A model generated the notes under the pieces. The model saw only the letters and a program-made list of their open reading frames with translations, searched no databases and had not been told where the DNA came from. A stretch of DNA of 64,000 bases from Ignavibacteriota bacterium (lineage in GTDB: Bacteria > Bacteroidota > Ignavibacteria > Palsa-1295). A program made the translations under genes and the position numbers. Of the stretch, positions 54,704 through 64,000 are shown one piece after another. How positions within the stretch are numbered: the first letter of the stretch is position 1; each line of letters opens with the position of its first letter. The DNA is taken from assembly GCA_003151825.1 (NCBI GenBank), contig PLYO01000026.1, positions 21,704 to 85,703 on the forward strand. Direction: 5' to 3'.

Positions 54704-57133
54704 CTAAAATCCCTTCCCAAACTGGAAGTGTGTCTGCCAGCCGCTGGGGGCGCCGAAGACACCGACCGGGTCGAAGCCATAGCCAAAGTCGATCCCTATC
54801 AGCCCGACGGCCGGGACCTGCACGCGCGCGCCCACTCCCAGCGAGCGTTTGAGATCGAAAAGGTCGGCATGGGAAAAATCGGCCCAGACGTTGCCGGCTT
54901 CCGCGAAGGAGAGAAAATAAATCGGGATCGGCTCGAGACTAACGAGAAACCGTAGCTCGGCAACGTAATGCGCATACGCATCGCCGCCCGGAGCATAGAT
55001 ACTGTTCTGGGCAGTCCCACTCTGTACGCCTACGCGCGCATCGGGATAGCCGCGCAGCGGAATCGTATAGACTCCCGTAACCAACCCGCTGCCGCCCATC
55101 ACAAAAAGCTCGGTCGGCGGCACGAACGGAGCGCCGCCGATGCCTCCCATCTGCCCGATGTCGGCCAGCGTCATGAGTACAACTTTGTGTTGTCCTCCGG
55201 CATCGAGCATCGGCGTGTAAAACTTCATCGTAATGCCATTGCGATAGTAGTTCGCGGGTTGATTCGGAGCAATGGAGGCAAGCGGCAGATATGCGAAGCG
55301 CGTCAGGAGCGCAAACTCGGAGCCGATTCCCGGAAAAATGGGATTGTCCGTCGAAGTGCGCGAGATCACTTCCTGGATGGCGGTCTCATCGTGAATGCCA
55401 GCCGTATAGATGCCGCCGCCATTCTGGATGTTCGAATGCAACGCCGAAAGCGTCCAGTCGATGCGGAAAAAGTCGTCCGGCCACTTGAGCCGCCGGCCTA
55501 ACGAAAGAGATGCGCCCGTTTGGACGGACGTATAAATATACGCGGAACTGGAGGTATAAACCTGGAACCCGAGCGAAGTCGGGTGCTGATTCAGCCACGG
55601 CTCGTTAAAACTGAGCGAGAGCGACCGGTAATTCGACTGTCCGGCCTGCGCCGAGACGGAAACCACTTCCCCGCCGCCGCCATGCAATGGATCGGTGATG
55701 TCGAAATTGTTGAACGAAACACCGACGGAACCCGTGAACCCGAGCGTGCCGCCATAGCCAATGGAGGCATTGAATGTGTCGCTCGATTTCTCTTCCACAT
55801 TGTAGGTAATATCGACATCGGTCACGTCGGGCTGAGGGTATAATTCGGGCTGGAGTTTTTCCTGATTGAAATAATTGAGCGCCGCAAGCTGCCGCATCGA
55901 GCGGATAACTGCCGCGCGGCTGAATGCGTCGCCCGGGCGCGTGAACAGCTCGCGCCGTATCACGTAGTCTTTCGTCTTCGTGTTGCCCTTAATATCGACA
56001 TACCGGAAGTAATGCTCCTTCCCCTCTTGGACGCGAATGAGAATATCGACCGAATCCCCCGGCACGACCGTCTCTTCTTTCGAAAGATTGGCCAAATAAC
56101 CGCGATCGTAATAAAGCGAGCCGACATCGGTAAAGTCCTGCGTCGGGCCGTGCAGGTTCGTCTCCATGCGCACGATGTCATAGACATCGCCTTTGTGGAA
56201 ACCTAAGTGATCGCGAACTTCATCGGGCGTAAAAACTTCCGCGCCGACCACCGCGATGTTTCTTACGAAATATTGCGGACCTTCATAGACATGAATGAGA
56301 ATATTGAGGTTGTTCTCGCCGGTGGTCCAAACGGAATCGCTCAGGATGGTCGCGTCGCGATAGCCTTTCGAGTGATAATAGTCAACGATTTTTTTCTTAT
56401 CGTCTTCGTATTTATGTTCGTCGAAATCGCCGCTCGAAAAGATATTCCACCATTTTTTTTCCTTTGTGTCGTCCGTAGCCCCGCGCAAATCGCCGGCAGC
56501 GACATGCACGTTTCCTTCGAAATCAATGTGGCGGACGACCATTTCCTTCCCTTCGTTGATTGCGATCAGAAGATCGATTCTCGTGGAATCCAGTCGTCTC
56601 GCTGAATCGCTCGCGGCGGTCTGCTGAATGGAAATCGTGGCGAAATGATAGCCTTCCTTTTCGTAGAGCGCCTTGATGCGGGTCTTCCCGGCCTCGAGTT
56701 CCCAGGGGCGGACATAATCGCCCTCGCGCAGCGAAAGCGCTTTGTCGACGTCTGCCGTCTTTATCTCTTTATTGCCGTCGATGGTATATTTATTCAGGTG
56801 GGGCAGTTCGGTAACACGTAAGCTCAAGAACAGCCCCGTGACGCTATCGGGCTGCATCACCTGCTTCTCGATGATGACATCCACGTTAGAAAAAATCCCC
56901 ATATTCCAAAGCTGCTTGAGCGCTGCGCGGATCGCGTCGCTTGGCAGCGTAAGCTGCTCGCCTTTATAGAGACCGCTCTGGCTGATGATCGTCTGCGCAT
57001 CGCCCGTGCGGTTGCCGACGATGGAGATGCCAAGAATAGTATAATGGCGCTCCGCAGCCGGTGAGCCGGGGAGTTGAGCCTGAGCAATGCCGGACGAGAT
57101 GAGAAGAACGAGTGCGAAAAAAAGTGAGCGCAT
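54704..57133 (-). CDS. bamA: Outer-membrane protein assembly factor BamA
   Basis: The start at 57133 gives the signal MRSLFFALVLLISSGIAQA. POTRA repeats are followed by an Omp85 barrel ending HFQFGKGF. Confidence 0.9.
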   Translation of the reverse strand: MRSLFFALVLLISSGIAQAQLPGSPAAERHYTILGISIVGNRTGDAQTIISQSGLYKGEQLTLPSDAIRAALKQLWNMGIFSNVDVIIEKQVMQPDSVTGLFLSLRVTELPHLNKYTIDGNKEIKTADVDKALSLREGDYVRPWELEAGKTRIKALYEKEGYHFATISIQQTAASDSARRLDSTRIDLLIAINEGKEMVVRHIDFEGNVHVAAGDLRGATDDTKEKKWWNIFSSGDFDEHKYEDDKKKIVDYYHSKGYRDATILSDSVWTTGENNLNILIHVYEGPQYFVRNIAVVGAEVFTPDEVRDHLGFHKGDVYDIVRMETNLHGPTQDFTDVGSLYYDRGYLANLSKEETVVPGDSVDILIRVQEGKEHYFRYVDIKGNTKTKDYVIRRELFTRPGDAFSRAAVIRSMRQLAALNYFNQEKLQPELYPQPDVTDVDITYNVEEKSSDTFNASIGYGGTLGFTGSVGVSFNNFDITDPLHGGGGEVVSVSAQAGQSNYRSLSLSFNEPWLNQHPTSLGFQVYTSSSAYIYTSVQTGASLSLGRRLKWPDDFFRIDWTLSALHSNIQNGGGIYTAGIHDETAIQEVISRTSTDNPIFPGIGSEFALLTRFAYLPLASIAPNQPANYYRNGITMKFYTPMLDAGGQHKVVLMTLADIGQMGGIGGAPFVPPTELFVMGGSGLVTGVYTIPLRGYPDARVGVQSGTAQNSIYAPGGDAYAHYVAELRFLVSLEPIPIYFLSFAEAGNVWADFSHADLFDLKRSLGVGARVQVPAVGLIGIDFGYGFDPVGVFGAPSGWQTHFQFGKGF

Positions 57134-57250
57134 GCAAGAAAAAAGCGTGACCTTTGGGTTTGTCGGCGGAGGCGCGAAAAAAGTGTCTATCTTTATTATA
57201 ACCCACAATAGATGCCGATTGTCTCAACTTTTTTGGCTTATTGGGGTGTT

Positions 57251-58999
57251 ATGAACCAATTATCATATCAACACCCCTTTTTTATGCAATTTAAGTATTA
57301 CCAGAATCGGCCGGAAAAACTAACGAAGGAATTCGTCGAACAGGAATTTTCGAAGCTCATCGCCCGCATTCCGGCCGCCGAGCAATCCGGCTCACCGAAG
57401 GAATGGCTCGATCTCTACGGCGATTGGAACGCGATCGGCGCCTATATTTCCGGCGAGACCAGCCGCATCCACTACAAACATGCCCAGGACATGGCGAACG
57501 CGGCATGGACGGAAGACGATAAATATCTTCGCGAACAACTTACTCCCGCTTCGGAAAAAGGCAATGCCGCGATGCTCGAAGCATTCCTGAAAAGCCGCTA
57601 CCGAGCGGCGGTTGGAAAACGCTACGGCCCGTATCTAATCGACGCGCTTCTGACTTGTGTCGAGCCGCTCGCGCCGATCAATTCCGAGCTTCGCGTTCGC
57701 ACGGACGATCTGGCCGATCAATATAGCAAGATTGTCAGCGCGGGTGAGGTCGAGGTCATGGGCAAGACGATGACGCTCGCTCGAGCGCGCGGGCTCCAGA
57801 GCGATTCCGACGCCGAGACCCGAAAGGACGCATGGCTCAAATACCGCGGATGGTTCCTCGAACATCACGACGAGCTTGCTCGGATATTCGACGGCATGGT
57901 AAAGCTGCGCGACGAAATGGGCCGGAAGCTCGGTCATGACAATTTTATTCCGCTCGGCTATCTTGGAATGCGCCGAACGGACTATGGCCAAGCGGAAGCG
58001 AAGGCATTCCGCGATTCCGTGCGTGAATATGCCACGCCGCTTATTGAGCGATTATATCGTGAGCAAGCCGCTGCGCTTGGAACGCCGACCCTCAAGCCGT
58101 GGGATGCCGGTTACCATCCGGAGTTTTCGCTCCCGACCGGAATCGCTCCGATCGAGCTACAGCTCGATAGCGCTCAGCATCTGTTCGATGAAATTTCGCC
58201 GCGACTTGGCGCCCATTTTAGCCGGATGCGCCGCGAGGGACTCATTGATCTCGAAAACCGCAAAGGAAAACAGGCCGGAGCATTTTGCACGTCGATGCCG
58301 GATGAAGGCCGGGTCGCGATTCTGTGTAATTCCACTGGCGACGAAGGCGATGTCGGCACGCTCGTTCACGAGATGGGCCATGCCTTTCAAGCGTGGGAAA
58401 GCCAGAAGATCGAAGCCGTCGATCTTCAATGGCCCACGAGCGATGGCGCGGAAATTCATTCGATGGGAATGGAATTCCTTAGCATTCCGCATCTCTCATG
58501 GTTTTTTAAGCCGGACGAAGCAAGCAAATTCCGCCGCCATCATATTTATGACGCCGTCATGCTCATGTGCTACATTGCGGTCGTCGATGAGTTCCAGCAT
58601 TGGGTATATGAAAATCCGAATGTCACGCCCTCCGATCGAGATAACGCGTGGTCCGAGATATGGGATAAATACATTCCCGGACTGGATTTCAGCGGCATCG
58701 AAGAATACAAATACGCGCGCTGGTATGCGCAGGGTCATATCTTCCAGACTCCCTTTTACTACATCGACTACGCCATCGCGCAAACCGCCGCGATGCAGCT
58801 TGGAATGATGGACGAGGAAAACCACGAGAAGGCGCTCGATACGTATCTCAAGCTGTGCGAGCTGGGCGGACAAGTGGGCATTCTCAATATCTTCCGCAGC
58901 GCGGGACTTCGTTCACCGTTCGATCCCAACACGATGCGCGATCTTATGGAGTACGCCGCAAAGGAACTCGGAGTCGAAGAAATGGTGGAAGCAGCGTGA
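57251..58999 (+). CDS. M3 family oligoendopeptidase (PepF-like)
   Basis: Zinc motif VHEMGHAFQ with a downstream E. About 580 aa. The start is uncertain (57212, 57251 or 57284). Confidence 0.85.
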   Translation: MNQLSYQHPFFMQFKYYQNRPEKLTKEFVEQEFSKLIARIPAAEQSGSPKEWLDLYGDWNAIGAYISGETSRIHYKHAQDMANAAWTEDDKYLREQLTPASEKGNAAMLEAFLKSRYRAAVGKRYGPYLIDALLTCVEPLAPINSELRVRTDDLADQYSKIVSAGEVEVMGKTMTLARARGLQSDSDAETRKDAWLKYRGWFLEHHDELARIFDGMVKLRDEMGRKLGHDNFIPLGYLGMRRTDYGQAEAKAFRDSVREYATPLIERLYREQAAALGTPTLKPWDAGYHPEFSLPTGIAPIELQLDSAQHLFDEISPRLGAHFSRMRREGLIDLENRKGKQAGAFCTSMPDEGRVAILCNSTGDEGDVGTLVHEMGHAFQAWESQKIEAVDLQWPTSDGAEIHSMGMEFLSIPHLSWFFKPDEASKFRRHHIYDAVMLMCYIAVVDEFQHWVYENPNVTPSDRDNAWSEIWDKYIPGLDFSGIEEYKYARWYAQGHIFQTPFYYIDYAIAQTAAMQLGMMDEENHEKALDTYLKLCELGGQVGILNIFRSAGLRSPFDPNTMRDLMEYAAKELGVEEMVEAA

Positions 59000-59004
59000 T
59001 GAAC

Positions 59005-59129
59005 GTCATTGCGAGGAGTGTTCGGCGACCGAAGGGAGCCGAACGCGACGAAGCAATCTTCTCGTCAAATTAACGGATTGCTTCGTCGAACGAATCTCCC
59101 TTCGGTCGATTCGTTCTCCTCGCAATGAC
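59005..59129. repeat. Palindromic intergenic repeat, copy 3 (longest, 125 bp)
   Basis: GTCATTGCGAGGAG...GACGAAGCAATC...GATTGCTTCGTC...CTCCTCGCAATGAC. It starts 6 nt after the peptidase stop. Confidence 0.8.
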
Positions 59130-59196
59130 TGGAAAAAATAAAATCCAAAAATCGTCCGTGTAATCCGCTTTAATCCGCGTAATCCAGGTTCTGACA

Positions 59197-59667
59197 ATGG
59201 TCGGTATCGGCTATGATGTTCACCGCCTCGCCGCCGGCGAAACGCTCGTCTTAGGCGGCGTCACGCTCGAATCGCGGTTGGGAACCGTCGCGCATTCCGA
59301 TGGCGATGTCCTCATCCACGCCATCATGGATGCGCTTCTCGGCGTGCTGGCGCTTGGCGATATTGGTCTTCATTTTCCCGACAACGCCGCAGAATGGCGC
59401 GGCGCGGATTCCATTTCGCTCTTGAAACGAGTCCACCAACTCATTCGAAACGAAGGCGCACACATTGTAAATATAGATTCCACCGTTGTCCTCGAATCGC
59501 CGCGATTGCGCCCGCACATCGACGCGATGAGAGCGCGAATTGCCGAAGCACTCGGTCTCGACATCAAGCGCGTTTCCGTCAAAGCCACGACCAACGAACG
59601 CTTGGGTTTTATCGGACGCGAAGAGGGAGTTGTAGCTTACGCTGTGGCGCAGGTGGAGTACGATTAG
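59197..59667 (+). CDS. ispF: 2-C-methyl-D-erythritol 2,4-cyclodiphosphate synthase
   Basis: MVGIGYDVHRL...LGGV...AHSDGDVLIHAIMDALLG is the IspF signature. Confidence 0.93.
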   Translation: MVGIGYDVHRLAAGETLVLGGVTLESRLGTVAHSDGDVLIHAIMDALLGVLALGDIGLHFPDNAAEWRGADSISLLKRVHQLIRNEGAHIVNIDSTVVLESPRLRPHIDAMRARIAEALGLDIKRVSVKATTNERLGFIGREEGVVAYAVAQVEYD

Positions 59668-60857
59668 AGCGACGGCGCTGAGTCGGTCAGCGCGTGACGA
59701 TCCCGGCTGATGCCAAAGGCCAGCACCACCGCAACCATCGCCATCATCGCGCCCGCGTAGCCGATCCAGTTCGGATGCAGGCCTCCGATAAGCCAGCCGC
59801 CTAAGATCGGCGTGATTGCGCGCGAAAAACTTTCGAGCGAGGAAGAAACTCCCAGCGCGCCGCCCTTGCGCTTCGGCGGCGCAAGCTGTGTAATGAGGCT
59901 CGAAATAGTTGGCCGCGTCACGCCGGTTCCGAATGAGAAGAGAATAGCGATTGCAACAAGCCCCGGCGTCGTCCGCGCAAACGCGAGACCCACCAGACCG
60001 AGAACCATCGAAATCAGCCCTATCCGCAAACAGAATACTTCCCCAATTTTTCGCACGAGAGGTCGAATCACCACTCCCTGCCACAGCACACCGAGCAACC
60101 CGACAAATCCGAGGAACAGGCCAACTTGCTCGGTCGTAAAATTTAGTTCAGTCATTGCGAACAGGGAAAACATCGAAACATACAGCGAAAACGGCAGCGC
60201 GAAAAAGAGGAACGTCAACAGCAGCTTTCGCAAATCTTTGTCTCGAAGATATTCGATGACGCGGACGTAGTAATTTAGTCCAGTCTTTGCATTCTCATCG
60301 CGGACATGGTGATGCTCCTTCAAATAAAAGGTCGTGAGCGATGTGCTGCATAGCGCAAAAAACGCCGCGAGAAATGCGGGGGTCGAATAGCCGTAATGTG
60401 TAGCAAGAAATCCACCGATAGGCATTCCAACTATGAAGCTAAGCCCAAATCCCATTCCAATAATACCCATCGCCGCAGCTCGATCTTCCGGTGCTGTGAC
60501 ATCAGCAATATAGGCCTGAGCAATCGTGAGATTTCCACCGCTAATCCCATCGATAATTCTTGATAAAAACATTAATGGCAGAGAATTTGCAAAAGCAAGA
60601 AGTATGAAACCGGCCATCGAACCAAGTTGAGAATAGATCAGTAGCGGACGCCGCCCGAAACGGTCGCTCATCCCGCCCAAAACCGGCCCGGCAAAAAACT
60701 GACAGATCGAATAGCTTGCGACTAAGAAACCGATCATCTCGTCGGAAGCTGCGAAAGTTTTGGCATAATACGGCAACAACGGCAGAATCATTGTGAAGCC
60801 GAGCAGATCGACAAACACCACGACCGCGATCGGTATCAGCGCCTTGTTCTTGAACAT
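59664..60857 (-). CDS. MFS transporter (DHA1/TetA-like)
   Basis: Start at 60857 (MFKNKALIPIAVVVFVDLLGFTMILPLLPYYA). Motif A GGMSDRFGRRPLL and 12 TM helices. Confidence 0.85.
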   Translation of the reverse strand: MFKNKALIPIAVVVFVDLLGFTMILPLLPYYAKTFAASDEMIGFLVASYSICQFFAGPVLGGMSDRFGRRPLLIYSQLGSMAGFILLAFANSLPLMFLSRIIDGISGGNLTIAQAYIADVTAPEDRAAAMGIIGMGFGLSFIVGMPIGGFLATHYGYSTPAFLAAFFALCSTSLTTFYLKEHHHVRDENAKTGLNYYVRVIEYLRDKDLRKLLLTFLFFALPFSLYVSMFSLFAMTELNFTTEQVGLFLGFVGLLGVLWQGVVIRPLVRKIGEVFCLRIGLISMVLGLVGLAFARTTPGLVAIAILFSFGTGVTRPTISSLITQLAPPKRKGGALGVSSSLESFSRAITPILGGWLIGGLHPNWIGYAGAMMAMVAVVLAFGISRDRHALTDSAPSL

Positions 60858-61066
60858 CGTGCCATGAAACAGAAGCGATGGGAGTTTCGTCCTACGACGA
60901 AAGAGGCATATAACCGTAGTGGCCGGGTTCCCCGGCCTTCGAATGGGCATAACGATCGGCTGATCTTTCGCATGGCAGGCGCGGGAACCGCGCCACTACA
61001 ATCATGGTATCCGAACTGAATTACGTTTTTTTTTGTGATAATACTATAGATTAACAAACCATATCG

Positions 61067-62104
61067 ATGTCTCATACACACCTTCATCGCCACGAAGTTC
61101 ATCCTGTTATTGTCATCGGCTCCGGTCCGGCGGGCTTGACGGCCGCGCTATACGCGGGCCGCGCTAATCTTGCGCCGATCGTCTTCGAGGGCGATCAGCC
61201 CGGCGGGCAGCTTACGATCACGACCGAAGTCGAAAATTATCCCGGCTTCGAAAACGGGATTCAGGGGCCGGAAATGATGGAAGTTTTGCGCCGGCAAGCG
61301 ACTCGCTTCGGCGCCGTCTGCAAATTCGAGACCGTCACCTCGGTCGATTTTTCAAAGCGGCCGTTCACGGTTCATGCCGGAGAAAAAAAGTATCATGCCG
61401 ATACCGTTATCATTTCCACCGGCGCGCGGGCGAAGATGCTCGATCTTCCGTCGGAGGAACTATACATGGGCTATGGCGTGAGCGCCTGCGCCACCTGTGA
61501 CGGATTTTTCTTCAAAAATCAGGATGTGCTCATCGTCGGCGGCGGCGATACGGCGATGGAAGAGGCGAATTATCTCACGCATTTTTGTAACTCGGTCACG
61601 CTCGTGCATCGCCGCGATCATTTCCGCGCTTCAAAGATCATGTTCGAGCGCGCGAAGGCAAACGCCAAAATTCATTGGCGCATCAATCAGGAAATCATCG
61701 AAGTCCTGGGAACCATGGACGACAAAGGCCGCAAGATGGTCAATGGAGCAATTCTGCGGAATACCGTTTCCGGCGCGACCGAACAGGTTGCAACGAACGG
61801 CGTGTTCGTTGCTATCGGACACTCGCCGAACACGGAACTGTTTCGAGGACTCATCGACATGAACGAGGTCGGATATATCGAAACGAAGGGCAAAACATCC
61901 TTCACGAACATTCCCGGCGTCTTTGCCTGCGGCGATTGCCAGGATCACGTCTATCGCCAGGCCGTGACTGCGGCCGGAACCGGCTGCGTGGCCGCCATCG
62001 ACGCGGAACGGTTCCTTGCCGCCAACCCGCTCCTCTACGGCTACGAACCCTCCCACGACCCAACGGATGCGATTATGGAAGAGGAAATCCCGCATCAACT
62101 GTAA
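61067..62104 (+). CDS. trxB: Thioredoxin-disulfide reductase
   Basis: VIGSGPAGLTAALYAGRA FAD motif, redox CATCDG, GGGDTAMEEA NADPH motif, and GVFACGDC. Confidence 0.93.
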   Translation: MSHTHLHRHEVHPVIVIGSGPAGLTAALYAGRANLAPIVFEGDQPGGQLTITTEVENYPGFENGIQGPEMMEVLRRQATRFGAVCKFETVTSVDFSKRPFTVHAGEKKYHADTVIISTGARAKMLDLPSEELYMGYGVSACATCDGFFFKNQDVLIVGGGDTAMEEANYLTHFCNSVTLVHRRDHFRASKIMFERAKANAKIHWRINQEIIEVLGTMDDKGRKMVNGAILRNTVSGATEQVATNGVFVAIGHSPNTELFRGLIDMNEVGYIETKGKTSFTNIPGVFACGDCQDHVYRQAVTAAGTGCVAAIDAERFLAANPLLYGYEPSHDPTDAIMEEEIPHQL

Positions 62105-62153
62105 TGCAATACCATCCCTTGTGGTTAGAGTATAATAATTTGCACATCGTCAC

Positions 62154-63215
62154 GTGAAGTCCTCCGTTCTGAAATATTTTGCCATTGCCATCGTAACGAT
62201 GGGCCTGCTCTATCTTGCGTTTCGCGGTCAGGATTTGGGTCGGATGGTGGATGCAAGCCGCCACGCGCGAGTTATCCCGCTTCTGGGCGGGTTGCTGATC
62301 ATGTTTCTCTCGCATGGGGTGCGGGCGTGGCGATGGCGGATTGTCCTGCGGCCGCTCAAGCGGCGAACGAGTTTGTGGCTGGCGTTCAAAGCGACGATCG
62401 CGGGCTATGCGATGAACAATCTCATCCCGCGTTCGGGCGAGCTGGTGCGGCCGTATGTGATGGCGCGCGGCGAGAGCATTCCCATGGCGGGTACGCTTGC
62501 CAGCGTGGTCGTCGAGCGGCTTGCGGACGTGCTGGCGCTTGCGGCGCTCATTGTTTTTTCGCTGCTCTCGTTTCAATCGCGGGTGACGAATGTGTTCCCG
62601 ATGTTCACTGGCTCGGCGCTCATCGCGCTCGCGGCGATGCTCCTCCTGATCGTTGGACTTATGCTTGTTTTTTTCAGCGAGCGAAGGACCGAGCAATTAG
62701 TTACCATGATTGCTCGTCCCTTGCCAGACCATTGGGGACGAAAGATAGAACAGATTGCGCGCGATTTTTCGCGTGGGTTGAGAGGCTTGGAAAAATCCGC
62801 CATTGTACCCCTCATTCTTGGGACTGTGGGTATCTGGGTTTTGTATGGAATTTCGATGTACGTTTCGCTCCAGGCATTTCCCGATTCGGCAATGGCGGCT
62901 CTTACATTGCGCGATGCGTTTCTTTTGCTTACGCTTTCCGGCATTGCGTTCACCATCCCCACTCCCGGCGCGACGGGATCGTATCACGCGCTCATCACGA
63001 CCGGGCTTTCGATGATCTTCGGCGTGCCTCCGAGCATTGCGCTCGCGTATGCTGTCGCGACTCATGCGCTGAGCTACATTTCAATTACCTTGCTTGGCCT
63101 TGGCTTTCTGGCGAAAGAGGGGGTATCTTTTAGTTCCGCAAGGAACCTGAAAGAGAGCGAACAATCCCTTCCTCCTTCATCCTTCATCCCTCATCCTTCT
63201 CCCGAGCGTGGTTGA
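62154..63215 (+). CDS. Flippase-like / lysylphosphatidylglycerol-synthase TM-region family membrane protein (UPF0104)
   Basis: GTG start and about 8 TM helices. The R-x-RW pattern SHGVRAWRWRIVLRPL is typical of the family. Confidence 0.7.
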   Translation: MKSSVLKYFAIAIVTMGLLYLAFRGQDLGRMVDASRHARVIPLLGGLLIMFLSHGVRAWRWRIVLRPLKRRTSLWLAFKATIAGYAMNNLIPRSGELVRPYVMARGESIPMAGTLASVVVERLADVLALAALIVFSLLSFQSRVTNVFPMFTGSALIALAAMLLLIVGLMLVFFSERRTEQLVTMIARPLPDHWGRKIEQIARDFSRGLRGLEKSAIVPLILGTVGIWVLYGISMYVSLQAFPDSAMAALTLRDAFLLLTLSGIAFTIPTPGATGSYHALITTGLSMIFGVPPSIALAYAVATHALSYISITLLGLGFLAKEGVSFSSARNLKESEQSLPPSSFIPHPSPERG

Positions 63216-64000
63216 CATTCATTGCCATATTGTTCCCGGCGTCGATGACGGCGCGGTATCGCTCGAAATGTCGCTCGTGATGATCGAGGAGGCACGGCGC
63301 TTGGGCGTCACCTCGATCTTAACGACGCCACACATTCGCGGACGCATGGATGACGTTGCGAGGCATGAATACCATAAAAAGGAATTTCAGAAAGTGCTGG
63401 ATGCGAAGCCTGACATGGACCTTCATCTGGGCGGGGAAGTGCGCGTCACTCCGGATACGCATTCGGTCACGGACCGCGCGGAATTCACGGCGGACGAGAA
63501 ATCGAAGTATATTTTGCTCGAACTCGAATTCGAGCAAGTTCCGCCGTACTTCAGTCAATTGCTATTCGAATACCGTCTGCGAGGCATCACGCCGATTGTC
63601 GCGCATCCGGAGCGAAATGTTGGCGTACTTCGACATCCGGAGTATGCGCTGGAATTCGTCCGGCAAGGCGCACGATTGCAAGTTACGACCGGCTCGCTGA
63701 TTGGCGAACTCGGCGATGCGTTTCAGGAATGCTCGCTCAAGCTCTTGGAATGCGGCCTCGTCAGCTTTCTGGCAAGCGATGCGCATAATCTTACGACCCG
63801 TCCGTTCACGAATTGGCCGGCAGCTTACGAGTACGCTCGGAGCTTCAGCGAACGCGGCGATTGTATCATTCCCGTCAGCGCCGATGACCTTTGCACCAAC
63901 AATCCGGGCGCTGTGTGTGCCGGAATGCCGCTACCACCAATAGAATTGGATGAAAAGGCCATTACAAGGGTCAGACAGCGGCTTTCTAAAAATAACGGGC
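63208..64000 (+). CDS. CpsB/CapC (YwqE-like) PHP-family protein-tyrosine phosphatase, 3' partial (runs off the window)
   Basis: Hand translation from the GTG at 63208 gives VVDIHCHIVPGVDDGAVSLEMSLVMIEEARRLGVTSILTTPHIR...VAHPERN...LASDAHN. There is no stop before 64000, so it is absent from the ORF track. Confidence 0.85.
   Translation, partial: MVDIHCHIVPGVDDGAVSLEMSLVMIEEARRLGVTSILTTPHIRGRMDDVARHEYHKKEFQKVLDAKPDMDLHLGGEVRVTPDTHSVTDRAEFTADEKSKYILLELEFEQVPPYFSQLLFEYRLRGITPIVAHPERNVGVLRHPEYALEFVRQGARLQVTTGSLIGELGDAFQECSLKLLECGLVSFLASDAHNLTTRPFTNWPAAYEYARSFSERGDCIIPVSADDLCTNNPGAVCAGMPLPPIELDEKAITRVRQRLSKNNG

Noticed and set aside
57936-58808. 290-aa ORF on the plus strand
   Set aside because: It is an alternative frame inside the M3 peptidase gene, whose own frame carries the HEMGH zinc motif.
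59251-60084. 277-aa ORF on the minus strand
   Set aside because: It spans the ispF antisense strand and an alternative frame of the MFS gene. Both real genes are well supported.
62073-63133. ORFs 62073-62696 (minus strand) and 62327-63133 (plus strand)
   Set aside because: They are off-frame or antisense to the UPF0104 membrane protein. Their products are Arg-rich and lack hydrophobic helices or motifs.
63160-63200. CT-rich TCATCC repeats (cttcctccttcatccttcatccctcatccttctcc)
   Set aside because: This is a low-complexity tail encoding the C-terminus (PPSSFIPHPSPE) of the membrane protein. There is a single copy in the window, so there is no evidence of a discrete element.
1-64000. Scan for CRISPR arrays, tRNA and rRNA genes, integrases and transposases
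   Set aside because: I found no regularly spaced direct repeats, no cloverleaf-like or rRNA-like segments, and no recombinase-like ORF. Absence is judged by eye only, so tRNAscan, Infernal and minced would be decisive.

Overview
This is a 64-kb chromosomal window of roughly 55% G+C. It probably comes from an FCB-group bacterium (Ignavibacteria/Chlorobi/Bacteroidota-like). The signs are many secreted proteins ending in T9SS-type C-terminal sorting domains, few Shine-Dalgarno sites, and the presence of hprK; I cannot resolve the taxonomy further by eye. Most of the window is ordinary core or accessory metabolism and envelope biology. It holds ispD and ispF at separate loci, hprK, trxB, bamA, a secreted TldD/PmbA pair, an M3 peptidase, a czcCBA-type RND efflux operon, and a hexuronate/pectin catabolic cluster (kduD, KduI/IolB isomerase, eda, GH105). 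It also holds hmgA, a PduO-type adenosyltransferase, a DUF1800/DUF1501 pair, and several very large T9SS cargo proteins: a beta-helix protein, a 1640-aa LamG/Ig-like/cohesin protein with an OmpA partner, and a 2005-aa C25 peptidase. I saw no rRNA, tRNA or CRISPR array. The stand-out is a low-GC island at about 640-5350 (roughly 32-38% G+C in hand-counted lines) carrying a translationally coupled three-gene operon. Its genes are a C5 DNA methyltransferase, a soluble fusion of a MORC-like GHKL ATPase with a histidine-kinase catalytic core, and a receiver-domain protein whose helical C-terminus carries a HEPN-like RNTLAH motif. I interpret this as a candidate methylation-linked two-component (phosphorelay) defence system; that reading is inference. 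Other accessory items are a HEPN/MNT pair, an RHH antitoxin with a frameshifted doc toxin, a BRO-N/DinD-like gene, and a membrane TIR-TPR protein inserted in the hexuronate cluster. Three families of palindromic or MITE-like repeats are present, one of which supplies start codons. A 9-nt tandem repeat is embedded in-frame in two unrelated enzymes.
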